Under the pieces are notes generated by a model, which saw only the letters and a list, made by a program, of their open reading frames with translations, did not search any database and was not told the DNA's origin. DNA of 64,000 nt from Saccostrea echinata (lineage: Eukaryota): NCBI RefSeq assembly GCF_033153115.1, contig NW_026889779.1, positions 13,888,001 through 13,952,000 on the forward strand, written 5' to 3'. Positions within the stretch are counted from its first letter, which is position 1, and each line of letters opens with the position of its first letter. Below, piece after piece: positions 14,623 through 26,920 of the stretch. The position numbers and the translations under genes were made by a program.

Positions 14623-15159
14623 ATCAGCTGCTGTTTTTGTTGTTCATGAAAGACATCAAGTGCTATGCATCATCACGTGACATCACACATGGCTATCTGA
14701 AAAGAAGTAAAACATTTTAAACAGCACTTATACCTGCAGAGTAGAGGTATACAAACTTTACTTTACATCACCTTTATTTATTGATCCATTATTTGCAGAC
14801 AATTATCAATAACTTTGCTTTATATCTGTTAAATACACTTAAATTTTCCGTCAGAACAGTAGAAATCTATGTAAAATCCAATATTCGGTAATATACATAG
14901 ATGTATTTATTCTGTGCTGTTTATTTGAGAATATCCTTCATACACATTGTTATCAGGATGCGCGTGCATACATGCATCCCGTTGCTTCTTTAAATATTCA
15001 GACTAATTCACACAAGAATCTATGGCTAGAAATTGCTATACGAAGCCTAATATACAAATAATTCATATTACAGTTATATAATAACCAATTTTGAAAACAA
15101 TTACCTTTAATAAGCTTCTTAACTTTGTATTTTGCGTTTTATCGAGTGAAAGTGAAATT

Positions 15160-15232
15160 CTGATTCCGGAAATGTGCTACGAAAACTAAATTTAAACTAA
15201 CCATGCACAGCTAATATTATTCCGGGAAGTGC
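15160..15232 (-). promoter_or_regulatory. Candidate promoter of the orphan gene with ETS-like sites
   Basis: TTCCGGAA (15164-15171) and CCGGGAAGT (15222-15230) lie just upstream of the putative first-exon donor at 15104. Confidence 0.35.
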
Positions 15233-15391
15233 AAGAGTCCCTTTTCCCCCCATATATTATAATGCTAACTAGTAATATGACTTGTATTTAATGTATTGTA
15301 AATATACTTCTCTTGTTTATTTAATTTCATCGGGTGATAAACTCCTGTTTTTGTTTTCTTTTATTTAGTTGTCAGTCATTCACCATTTAGC

Positions 15392-15484
15392 CATCCTAAC
15401 AACGTCAGTATGGTCAGGGTCCTGATAGTCCATTCGTGGCCGTGAGGCACCAGTGGACTTAGGACCCCTGGCGTTGAGAGTATG
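15392..15484. mobile_element. 93-bp fold-back MITE with a 9-bp target-site duplication
   Basis: TSD CCATTTAGC at 15383-15391 and 15485-15493; imperfect TIRs CATCCTAACAACGTCAG / CTGGCGTTGAGAGTATG; the interior is almost wholly self-complementary. Confidence 0.75.
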
Positions 15485-16723
15485 CCATTTAGCAACAATT
15501 CCTATAATTTTCACAATCTTTGCGTAGGCGTCGGAAGCAAATTGAACGGGGGGAGGGGTTAACTGAAAAGGGGGGGGGGCTAAACCAACAACAACATAAA
15601 AAAAAAGTTTGGGGATTAAGCCCCAATTTTCAATGCCTATAATATGTTCGACCGTAAGTGAGACCTAAGGATCGGCATATTTTGAAAAATAGTAGGTGAA
15701 TTTCACAAAAGAAAAGAAATTCTACAGACATTGTACTTCAAGAGAAGATAACATACACTTCCTAATTTTAGAATATTTGCTGTATAAGTATTATTATTTT
15801 TTAAATGAGATCTTTTTAGTACAGCTCATCAACATTGGCCTACAGTATATATACATGTACAAGAACTACAAAATTTACAATTGATAATGTCAAATGAAGA
15901 TTTCTGTATTTGCTGTTTCGTTAAGCCAAGAAAACATTTATCAGAATAGGAAACTTTTTAATAAAAATACTTGTCAAATGTTTTTGCAGTACAGAAGGCT
16001 ATAGGTATATACAATAGTATGATCACCCCCCCCCCCCCAATTTATGCGGGAATTCGTCATGAGATTCATTCAAGATGGAAAAGACTATGGACGCCATATT
16101 GGCCGCTGGCGACAAGTTTCTCAGTTCCATTGGTATTGTAATAAAAATAAAGTTTTCTTTAGAATTCTATATATCTTATATATACGTGTTACCTATAAGG
16201 AGAGCTTCGTTCTCACGGGCCCTTCGGGCCCATGAGAGGGCTCCGCCCTCTATAATGTCTATCTTTGCAAAAAAAAGTGTTGGCTAAGCCCTAGTCCCCC
16301 CCCCCCCCGGTTCCAACACCTATGCTTTGTCGTAGATGTGTCCCATGTATGTCTGATTTATAGTATCGGGATATCTTTCCCTCATTTTATTTACATAGTC
16401 AGAAATTATATTACATGTAACAGATTAACCATCATTACCTTGCAATGGATGCAAATGGTCGTATCTCACCGATAATATTTATCAGATTGTTTGCTTATTT
16501 GTTTAAAAGAAATTTATTTAATTTATTTTCTTTGGGGATCGATTTCTCTCTTTCGGAACAAAGTTCATTTGGAATTCATGAATCACATTAATCTTAATCA
16601 AAATAATAAACTCCAACCCTATCCAAATGTTAATCACGGAGAACGTGTCTTGAACAAACTTGAATCTTCACTACATGCTAGTTCTTGCTTTTGATTTGAC
16701 TAGTCTACATGTCTTTTTATACA

Positions 16724-18645
16724 ATGAAATATATGGAGATAACGAACAGTATTCAAGTTCAAAAATCCATTAAACAATAGAAAATAATAGGAGCAGAGCA
16801 AACACGGACCTCCAAAACATCAGAGGTGGGATCAGGTGCCATGGAGGAGTGAGCATCCCCTGCCGACCGGTCACACCCGCCGTGTGCTCCTTGCCATGAT
16901 GGGGAAAATAACGGAAAAAATCCGTCGACAATTAAGTGTGTAAATAATGGCCTAACAATTAGTATGAAAAACGTCAGTCAGCATTTGACTCAATGATGAA
17001 TTGTATTTGCTGACAAGGTCATTGTATCGACCATAAAACTTACGAAATTAAATGATGACTTTAAACGAGACTGTTGATATTCTTGTTTTATCAACTTGTT
17101 TTTCAATAATTTACCTCGTTTTAGAAATTGTACATACGTAGAGCATGCTCTTGCGTATCGAATCAACTGAGGGATATAAACTCCGTATGCAGGTGATGAA
17201 GGTATATTGCTGCATGAGTAAGGGAAGTTGACGATTGAAAAGTTAAAGTCTTCACGTTTATCATAAAGCTTGGTTGTTAGATTACCATTAACGTCTTTTT
17301 CAAGTAAAATATCCAAATATGAAACAGATGTTTCAGACTCTGTGGTATGTTTTATCTCAAGCTCACCTGGATATCGACATAAGAATGGAAATAACCATTG
17401 TTAATTGACAATACGTCGTCGATATATCTAAATGTCGAGTTGAAGGCCACAGCAAGTGTTTTCTTCTTTTCACGTATAAGATTTTGGACAAATTCTGCTT
17501 CATATGGATACAAAAAGGTCTGCTAATAACGGGGCGCAATTGGTACCCATGAGAATTCCAATAGATTGTTGGAAGACCTGGTCTCCAAAAACCACATAGA
17601 TATTGTCAATCAAAAACTCAAGCATCTTTTTAATGTCAACTTCAGAGTACTTGTGTGTGCAATCAGAATGTTTTTTAACAAAATAATTTTGCAAATGACC
17701 AATGACAAGGTAAGTAAATTTACGAGTTCCATTTTTATTTAAAAAAGCAGCTGTCAATGATATCAAAAAGCCTGGACTTTAATTTATCGTGGGGAATGGT
17801 TGTGTATAAAGTTGAAAAGTCGAAAGTTTTTAAGCTGTTGATTTTGGTAAAATCTTGTGATTTCAAATTTTCCAAAAGTTCCTTGGAATTTTTAAGTATC
17901 CACATCTGATTTACACGACTTCTCGAATATAATGTTGTACAGTACTCTTGAAGTTTCTCCTTCACTAGTGTTAATATCTAAGTGAAGAGTAAAGAAAGAG
18001 GCTTGGTTGAACATTTATTGGAACCCGCTATGTTTCTTTGTTTGTAAGGATTTTTATGAAGTTTCGGAATACAATATAGATATGGTAATATATGGTAATT
18101 CAAATTCATTTTGGTTGTTTGGAATATCAAAAATATTCAAAACTGACATATGATTATGAAGAATTTCTTCCTTAGAAAGGGAACTATGAGTATAAGTTGG
18201 ATTACCACTTGTAGAATTAAATCCAAGTTCCTCTAAAATACATTTAATATAATGAGCCTTAAAAACAAAGACAATGTTGTTACCTGCTTTGTCAGCAGGG
18301 ACCAGTACGTACTGATCATGTAATCTATCTAATTCTTTTTTCACTTCTGGATTATTGAATACAGAAGAAAAGATGGTTCTCATTTTGCCCCTCAATCTTT
18401 TAATGCGGGATTTTAACTTACATCTGATACACTTAATCCATTCTGACAAAGTGTCAAGGTCTTCTTTTTCATGTATGGCCCATCGCCTGGCGTAATCCTC
18501 TACAGAATCCATAATATTTATGAAATTCCGACGCCAGTTGAAGGATCGGGGTTCCCTATATTTAGGACTTTTTAAAATTAGTGATCTAAGGTCCTCATTA
18601 TTAACTATATTTACGTCACCAGTAATAACGTGTCCAGCAGAAGAT
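16724..18645 (-). mobile_element. 5'-truncated, frameshifted Penelope-like retroelement (RT without C-terminal GIY-YIG; resembles the Naiad/Chlamys arrangement)
   Basis: Motifs in order: GHVITGD...KSPKYREPRSFNW, VLVPADKAGNN, TFDFSTLYTTIPH, QQSIGILMGTNCAP, FRYIDDVL, LYDKREDFNFSIVNFP, LIRYARACS. Multiple stops and frameshifts. Confidence 0.9.
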
Positions 18646-19177
18646 TATTGGCGGTTGTTCCACACACTTCTATAAAACTCTGTACCTATATTTTGGCCAT
18701 TATACCCTAATTGTAGTGTAGTTCCGTAGAGGAACATTATTTTCATGTTAAAGTTTGTGTAAATCGTTGACCGATTACGAAAAATATGTACATCAATTTT
18801 TTTTTATTTTTAAAGATGTATTTGACCTAAGTACTGCGTGAATTGCAAATGTAACTCTGAAAATATTTGTAACCCTCTGTAGTACAAACGTGAAGTACAT
18901 GTAAGAGTACGCGTGCGTTTACGCGGTGGAAACTATTTTTTGTACTGGAACAACACTGACCCTTATTCAAACTAAAGTCGTAATAAAAGTGACCATTGTT
19001 ATCAAACTTTGGTCAAGAAATTTCGGACACATCCTGAACGAAAGCAAACAATGACAGATTAGAAAACCCTCGAATTGTGGAAAATGACTTGGTTGTTAGT
19101 TTCAATAAACTGACAACTTAAATATTTTGATAATAAACCCAGACTCCAAAACGGAAAAAGGTTCGATTTCATTCGAC

Positions 19178-21590
19178 ATGATGCATAGAAGATACTTCTT
19201 TTTGCATCTTTTCTGTACAATCATTTTTTTAAGCCTTGGTTGTCATGGTGTCACGGACCGCACGCGTACAGACCGCGCAGTCGGACCTGAAATCGTGCAG
19301 GCTGTGGTGGACATAATCCGCGAAAATTGCATATATCCAAACGATAGGGTTTTTCTCAGGCGCTTGGCATACGTTCAGTCACAAGATGGACTCGATATAA
19401 GAACATTTCGACCCGATTTTTTCGGAGGCATATGGCAAGTAAGGAGGAAAATATTAAGTATAAACATTGTTATATTTCTTTTTGTAACAAAAGAGCAGTA
19501 AGGGAAACTGAATATTTTTTTACGAGATTATTTAATAGGAATATCACTACATCGATCGTTTAAGGACCTGTGAATGAAAAATCTTTCTTTGAGGTTAAAG
19601 AATCGGAATTCAATTCAACATCTTCATGTACTGGCTTGGAGCACCAATGTAAAATCATAGAAGACAAACTCAACATAGTATGGACAGACGTAGCCTGGGA
19701 AAACCTCACAGTGCCGCTGTATTCTGGATTGGCTGCCAGTTTGTTGCTCCAGATGAGGGCAAGGAACAATACCCCGGGGGAGGCAGACAAACAAGCGGAA
19801 TTCTGGGTCAACAACTACCAACATGGCAAAACAAAGACTTTTTATCTGTCAGAGATCCAAAAACTGGTTAGTGGTAAGGGCATATTATCAAAACTAACAA
19901 TTTATAAGATTCTCGCTTTTCATGACATTTACATACATAAACACATACAGAGGAGAGAGAGAACGAAAATCTTTGACAAAGAGTAGAAAACAATGAATAT
20001 TTACTTCAGTAGAAAACAATGAATATTTACTTCAGTAGAAAACAATGAATATTTACTTCATCTTACTTTATAGATACTTGTGAGATTGATTTAGCTTTCA
20101 TAGTGGACACCTCTGGAAGCATAGGATATTTTAACTTCATTGACATGTTGGGTTTTATGAAGAAAGTTACCCGTGGTTTGACAGTTGGACCTAGCAATGC
20201 TCAGATTGCCGTGGTGTCTTTCAGCGACACTGCCAGGATAGAGTTCCAGTTCGGAGAACATGAAGATCACACATCTTTGGAAAAAGCAATCAACTCCGTT
20301 AACTACGACGCAATGGGTACAGCAACAAGTGAAGGGATTAAGTTGGCACGGGAATCGATTTTCAAAACTAGCTCTCGGAAAGGCGCTACTAAAGTTGCAC
20401 TTGTAATTACTGACGGATCTTCGGACTCATTTCATGACACTGTTAAGGAGGCCAAGACAACACGGGAAGAGGGAATTGTACTTTTTGCCCTAGGAATCGG
20501 GAATATTAATAAGGCAGAGTTATATGCCATAGCGAGTCCACCAGACTGTACCCATGTGATCACATTGGCGGGATTTTCAGAAATCGACAATGTTGTTCAA
20601 GAAATTAAGAAATCGGCGTGTAGAGGTATGTAAAGGAAATGAATGAAGGAACATTTAGTAATTTCCCTTGTAATTAAAAACTACCACTGAGCTTGGAATT
20701 AATCTAACCTGATTTGGGGTTTCCGGGAAAATTGTTTTGAATGCAGGATTACCAGTACATGTACAAACAAAGTGTTAGCTTGGGGATTTATGTTTATATG
20801 CCATAAAATGTTCAATTTATCTCCAATGCATTGGCATTCCTTGGTCAGCATGAGGTTACCGGATCTTTGTTTATCGAAACATCCTGAAAACTACGTTACA
20901 GATGATGTTAATTTTAAAACATCCGGTTCTATGTAAAGCGCACGGCGAAGTTGTCATGTATTAGTAGATATCGCTTATAATATATTCAATTGTAGAGTAC
21001 TGGGTTTATGTAATATATTATATTAATTATATATTATAATATAATTCTGTTTTGAAATTTATTTTCTCTCAGATTTATGAATCTATGAAATGAAACTTAA
21101 GGATATGTACGCGAAATAGTTTTGAACTTTATATGCTTTTTCCCTATTATTGAAAAATTCCAATAAGTTAGGACATGCATGAGACTCATGATTCTGTACA
21201 TCTATTCTAAAACACATCTGTGGAAATATTACAGCTTAAACTGTAAGTTTGGATATTTTTATGCCCCCGGATCGAAAGATCCCGGGGGTATATTGTTTTT
21301 GTCTTGTCTGTCTGTCTGTTGTCAACTTTAACCTTGCCCATAACTTTTGATTGGTTGGAGCTATGACTTTCATATTTCACAGGTGTATTCCTTGTGACAA
21401 GACCTTTCTTTGGGTACCATCATATTTGACCTTTTGACCTTGACCTTGGAGTTTGACCCACTTTTGCAAAATTTTATGAGAATTTAACCTTGGCCATAAC
21501 TTCTGAACAGTTGGTGCTTGGGGTTTCAAACTTCACATGTGTATTCTTTGTGACAAGGCCTTCCTTTGGATACCAACAACTTTGACCTTT

Positions 21591-21621
<31 letters not shown>

Positions 21622-24600
21622 GAAAAACTTTAACCTTGGCCATAACTTTTGAATGGTTGATGCTAGGGCTTTCATACTTCACATATGTAATCCTTGTGAC
21701 AAGACCTTCCTTTGGATACCAACCACTTAAACCTTTTGACCTTGACCTAGGAGTTTGACCTACTTTTGAAAAACTTTAACCTCGGCCATAATTTTTTATT
21801 GGTTGGTGCTAGGGCTTTCATACTTCACATATGTAATCTTTGTGACAAGACCTTTCTTTGGATACCAACCACTTTGACCCTTTGACCTTGACATAGGAGT
21901 TTGACCTACTTTCGAAAAACTTTAACCTTGGCCATAACTTTTGAATGGTTGGTGCTAGGGCTTTCATACTTTACATGTGTAATCCTTGTGACAAGACCTT
22001 CCTTTGGATACCAACAACTTTGACCTTGACCTTGATGTTTTACTTACTTTTAAAAAACTTTAACCTTCGCCATAACTTTTGAACAGTTGCAGCTAGGGCT
22101 TTCAAGTTTAACATTTTTTATCTTTTGGCCTGGATTTTGACTTGCATTTGAGAAACTTTAATGAAATATATGGAGATAACGAACAGTATTCAAGCTCAAA
22201 AGTCCATTAATCAATACAAAACAGGAGCAGAGCAAACACGGACCTCCAAACATCAGAGGTGGGATCAGGTGCCATGGAGGAGTGAGCATCCCCTGCCGAC
22301 CGGTCACACCCGCCGTATGCTCCTTGTCATGATCGGGAAATAACGAAAAAATCCGTCGACAATTCAGTGTGTAAATAATGGCCTAACAATTAGTGTGAAA
22401 AACGTCAGTCAGCATTTGACTCAATGATAAATTGTATTTGCTGACAAGGTCATTGTATCGAGCATAGAACTTACGAAATGATGACTTTAAACGAGACAGC
22501 TGATATTCTTGTTTTATCAACTTATTTGTCAATAATTTACCTCGTTTTAGAAATTGTACATACGTAGAGCATGCTCTTGCGTATCGAATCAACTGAGAGA
22601 TATATACCCCGTATGCAGGTGATGAAGGTGATGAACCTTCGCCATAAGCTGCCATACGGGGGCATCAGTGTTTCACAAACACATCTTGTTTAAAAATGAA
22701 ATTCACAAGAATTTTTATCATTTGATATCTTTTCTAAACCCCAAGCAATGTATGCTGATTCTTTTGTCTGAGAACATCTGGTGGTACTATGATTTAAAAT
22801 TTAGAATATCTCTAAAAGTTACCAGTAGATAAAGTACGTTGCGTGTGAATTTAAGTACTAAAAAAAATCGGACAATACGAGTATCCTTCATATATCCCCT
22901 TGCAATTTGCAGCACCAATTGTTGTGGATTCAAACAGTGTGGTAGGCATAAATGGCACTAACGTAGATATACATGGAGTCAGACTGAACGTTACTTACAA
23001 GCACAGCATCCACACCACTACAACTCTCGCCTTTGTCACACAGAAAACGGATTCAAACTTCACAGGTGCCCACAATGTTCTGGAGGTAAAATCCAAATTA
23101 TCGCATGAAAAGTTAAAGAAAGTTCCACTTTGTTCTTTTCAAAACTTATTTGTGCTAATATCACTTTGCTTCGAAACTTAATTCTCTAGACAAGTCTTGT
23201 CTGTACCATGCAGGCACCTGAATTAACATTATAATTGCCATTCATACTTTTCGCCAGGTCAAGGTAAATTGCGGTGTTGTACAAGTGTATACTTCCTTCG
23301 ACAACCCTCACCCTAGCTCCGTCTTCTACAGCCAAAAACTGACCGCTGCAGACGGACATCCGGCACTTCTGTTCCTGAACAAGACAGCAGACGGCCGACC
23401 TCTGTATGTGACGTCAGTGGGAACACCATACGACATCAAGGGAAAGAACTGCAGCGACGCCAACTACTTCTCAACATTTGCTCATATCAATATATCCAGT
23501 ATGCACGTGAAGATCTATAAATACTCTCTTTAAAATCTCAAATGTAAATACATGTGCAGATAATGCTATAATATGATAATGTAGAATACTGTATGTAATG
23601 TTGCATCAACAATTGCAACTACTTAGAATTTTCAATGTTTTAGACAGTTCTGTGGATTCCAAATGAATTGGAAAAAAGGCCATAATAAATATACATGTAT
23701 GTGTAACGAAATGTAGGATCTTAAAAAGTGACTTTTTTGACCATTATGACTATTTATAACTTATTTGTTCAAATATTTTACAGAGGTTGATGTGATATGT
23801 CGAGAAGATGGAATTGAACGGCCATGTACAAAAAAGGATTTCGAGCTGAAACCAGACTACAAGAACATGGTGTGTCAGTCAAACGGTGAGTATCTTCTTA
23901 AATTCTACCAAGACATTCAAATGCACTGATATAGTCAAAGTACACTTGGTCAACAGAGATAAAAGCAAGATTTTAATATAATTAACAATCAGAGAGCAGA
24001 GTAAACTTTTATGTATATGACAGATTATATGCTCTATAGGATGAATACATGTAACATGTATACTGTTGTGTGAAAGATCATTGAAATTCGGAAAATAATT
24101 TATTGAAAACAAATTTGATCAATCTTTCCGAGTGTGATTTAGCAAGGCTTTGTTTCCCCATTTTCTTATTTATATCACCTTAGTGTCGTATGTTTTATAT
24201 TAGGTATTTCAGTTCTGAATCCCTGTACAACTGCTGCTCTTCAGAGAGGAGAGTTTTATCACCCCCATCCAGACGATGATACCAAGTTCATAAGATGTGA
24301 TTATCAACAGAAGATGTACGTCATCCAGTGCCCGGATGGACAACGGTACACAAAAGTATGCATGTCCATATCTACATGTATAAAGTTTTTAAAAGAACTT
24401 CTTGTTTAATAAACACAAATATTTTTAAAATATCCGTCCTTTGGTTTGTTCACTTTTTCGGCTTGTTACTTATTACACTCTGTTTAATACAGACTGATTA
24501 CAGAAGTCTGTTCACTGTTTTTACTTTCTCTTAACTATTTCAAAAATTTTAATCCGTATGTCTTAAATGTACAATTAAATTATATTCGGAAACTTTTCCA

Positions 24601-25371
24601 GAATTGATGATGCTTAATATAAAATGTAACAAATCCGTTAAACTTTTTGGAAAAAAATTGATCCAGTATTGATAAGTTACACTGATAGGCATACATAAAT
24701 ATAAATCATTTTGTTAACACAAACACTTAAGTTATAAATATATCAAATAACCTTTCTTTTGAAGAAGTGAATCTATCTTAAAATATTTCCGCTACAATTA
24801 CCACTCATCGATGTACGTGTAGTCCCATTCTTATGTTATTAATATAAAAAATCTGCAAAAAATTCTTTGATGCAATATGAATGATTTTTATGTTGATATA
24901 ATCATGTCATTACATGCTGTAGCAGTAGTAAATGTACTTGAACAGGGTTCAGATTCCTGTGGGACAGCGCAGGTAGCAGTGGGAGGAGATAGGGTATCAC
25001 TTGACTCTGACCTAGTGAACCCCTGCACGCCACAATCTCTTATCAACCACCAATTCTTCTTCTCCTACCCCAAAGATAACACCAAGTACATTCACTGTGA
25101 TGTTTGGGGGCATGCTTGGGTGTCTAACTGTTCCTCCAACATGGTGTGGAGTCAGTCTAAGCAGACATGCATCCCGGATGTACACACCTCAACAAATCCC
25201 TGCACACAGGACAAAGTTAAACAGGGATACACCATGTTTCCCCACCAGGACCCTCACAAGTATATCCACTGTGATAACGCCCTGAATCCCTGGGTTCAGT
25301 CCTGTACCCCCAAAACAGTGTTTAATTTTGATTCTCAGAACTGTGTGTGGGAAACTGCACCTGTTGGGTGA
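19178..25371 (+). CDS. Paralogue A: secreted lysozyme-like domain (Glu>Gln) + vWA + PPC-like + 3x chitin-binding-like repeat protein
   Basis: Exons 19178-19438, 19594-19873, 20074-20625, 22913-23085, 23258-23498, 23784-23885, 24204(or 24213)-24355 and 24946-25371, with consistent phases. Signal peptide; MIDAS DTSGS/T/TDG; NPC..HP.D.TKFI.CD repeats. Exon 2 requires a weak GAG acceptor. Confidence 0.85.
19982..20059 (+). repeat. 3x 26-bp tandem repeat just before the exon 3 acceptor of paralogue A
   Basis: AGTAGAAAACAATGAATATTTACTTC x3. Confidence 0.9.
21256..22690 (+). mobile_element. Helentron-type non-autonomous element with an internal ~121-bp tandem array; hosts a Penelope-like fragment
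   Basis: 5' TTTTTATGCCCCCGGATC..GATCCCGGGGG hairpin, (GTCT)n, 6-7 repeats containing CCTTGTGACAAGACCTT / TTGACCTTGACCTTGGAG, and 3' GGGGGCATCAGTGTTTCACAAACACATCTTGTT. Confidence 0.8.
22160..22630 (-). mobile_element. Penelope-like element 3' fragment
   Basis: SSPAYGVYISQLIRYARACS...RKFYARYNDLV...DVFHTNC* plus a tail nearly identical to 16724-17200. Confidence 0.9.
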
Positions 25372-25998
25372 TGTCTGAACTGGTTGTTCTTATTGCGTTC
25401 CATAAACAAACTTTTCAAAGTCTTTATAAACTTTGTAATCATAATAATAGTATCTGTTATTAAATAATTGTTTTATTTCTCTTCTGTTTCTTTTCTGTCG
25501 TTCATTAAATATTGATTACTACCACTGTATATAATTTGAAAAGAATGTTATTGCATTATACAAGCCTGCTATGAAAAGTTTTAAAGCAATTACTTGCGTT
25601 TGGTGATATGAGAATTTACAACATACGTTATTCAATATCATTGTTATAGAATATTTATTCTTCGAAAATTTGTCAATAGTTATACTCTTGTACCTGGCAA
25701 CGCCATAAGATCGATTGATTATTCAGGTCATTGAGTTTCAGTGAGTTATAAATTTTTAAGTACTTCAAACAAAGGTCAAATTACTTTGAGGTTAATTAAC
25801 TCTTCCTGTATAGAAAAACAAATAATTTGGATACAATCAGTCAGTAATTATTTTGCTGTTCAATTTCAGCAAAATTTTGATGAAAAAATGCGATATTACT
25901 ATACACTTCTAAGTATTCTACCTGTATAATAAATTGTACAAAGTTAATTGATCAGCATTTTCAATGACCAACTTACATCGTGTGCCATACACCATTCC

Positions 25999-26127
25999 NN
26001 NNNNNNNNNNNNNNNNNNNNNNNNNNNNNNNNNNNNNNNNNNNNNNNNNNNNNNNNNNNNNNNNNNNNNNNNNNNNNNNNNNNNNNNNNNNNNNNNNNNN
26101 NNNNNNNNNNNNNNNNNNNNNNNNNNN
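25999..26127. other. Assembly gap (129 N)
   Basis: Run of N. Confidence 1.
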
Positions 26128-26920
26128 CGGCAAAAGCGCTTTATGTATTATTATATGTGAACTTGTTTGTTTATTTTGGATTTACTTTTTCATTTACAAC
26201 GTAGCTATCTATATACATGTATATTATGTAAGAAGCAATTTTTTATGCATATATTTGTTACATTAAAAGTTTAAAATTTATCATTTGAAACTTATGTTAT
26301 AGATAAGTATAAGTTCATAAATTTTAAACTTTTAATGTAGCAGATTTACAAGAATATTAATTTCTTTCAAGTCCTGAGGGTCAAGTGGAAGATTCCCGTC
26401 CAGTCAGTACTCAGAAGCGTGTTTCAACAACAAAAGATCTCTCTTTTCCAGTATTTTAATCAGAAAGAATTTGATGTAGATTATTCTAGCTTATTTTATC
26501 TCTGGTAGAAAATTTAATTTTTTTAGATTAGGAAGAAAAAAGTTTTCCATTGCAGTTGTGCGATAAGTTACCATTTTTGGAATTTTTATTAAGAAAGAGA
26601 AAGCTTCCATTTGATTTCTTAAAAAAAATACTTTACTATCTTTGGTGAATTTCCTACCAAATCAAAGGGAAGGAACAAATATATTAATAAAAGTTCAATA
26701 TAGAATCCAAACTCTATACATTGACTTGTAAAGGCTCAAAGAAAATCGCATGCGAATGATAAGCTTTTTTTTTTAAATAAAGATTTTTTCTGCACTATTT
26801 GTATTCTGTCACTTACACATTTCTATTTTTATAAGGTGCTGGTATTTATCTAAAACAAATAAACATCTTTGCAACACCGCTATTTTTCATCAGTCATAGT
26901 AGTTTTGACAAACCAGGAAG

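Noticed and set aside
15415-15470. Hammerhead ribozyme (CCTGATAG)
   Set aside because: Lacks the CUGANGA and GAAA core; better explained as a fold-back MITE
22161-22343. Recurring ORF MKYMEITNSIQAQ...HQRWDQVPWRSEHPLPTGHTRR (also at 40524)
   Set aside because: Antisense reading of the Penelope-like 3' tail; its recurrence reflects repeat copies, not a gene
25918-26266. ORFs spanning the N run
   Set aside because: Artefacts of translating N
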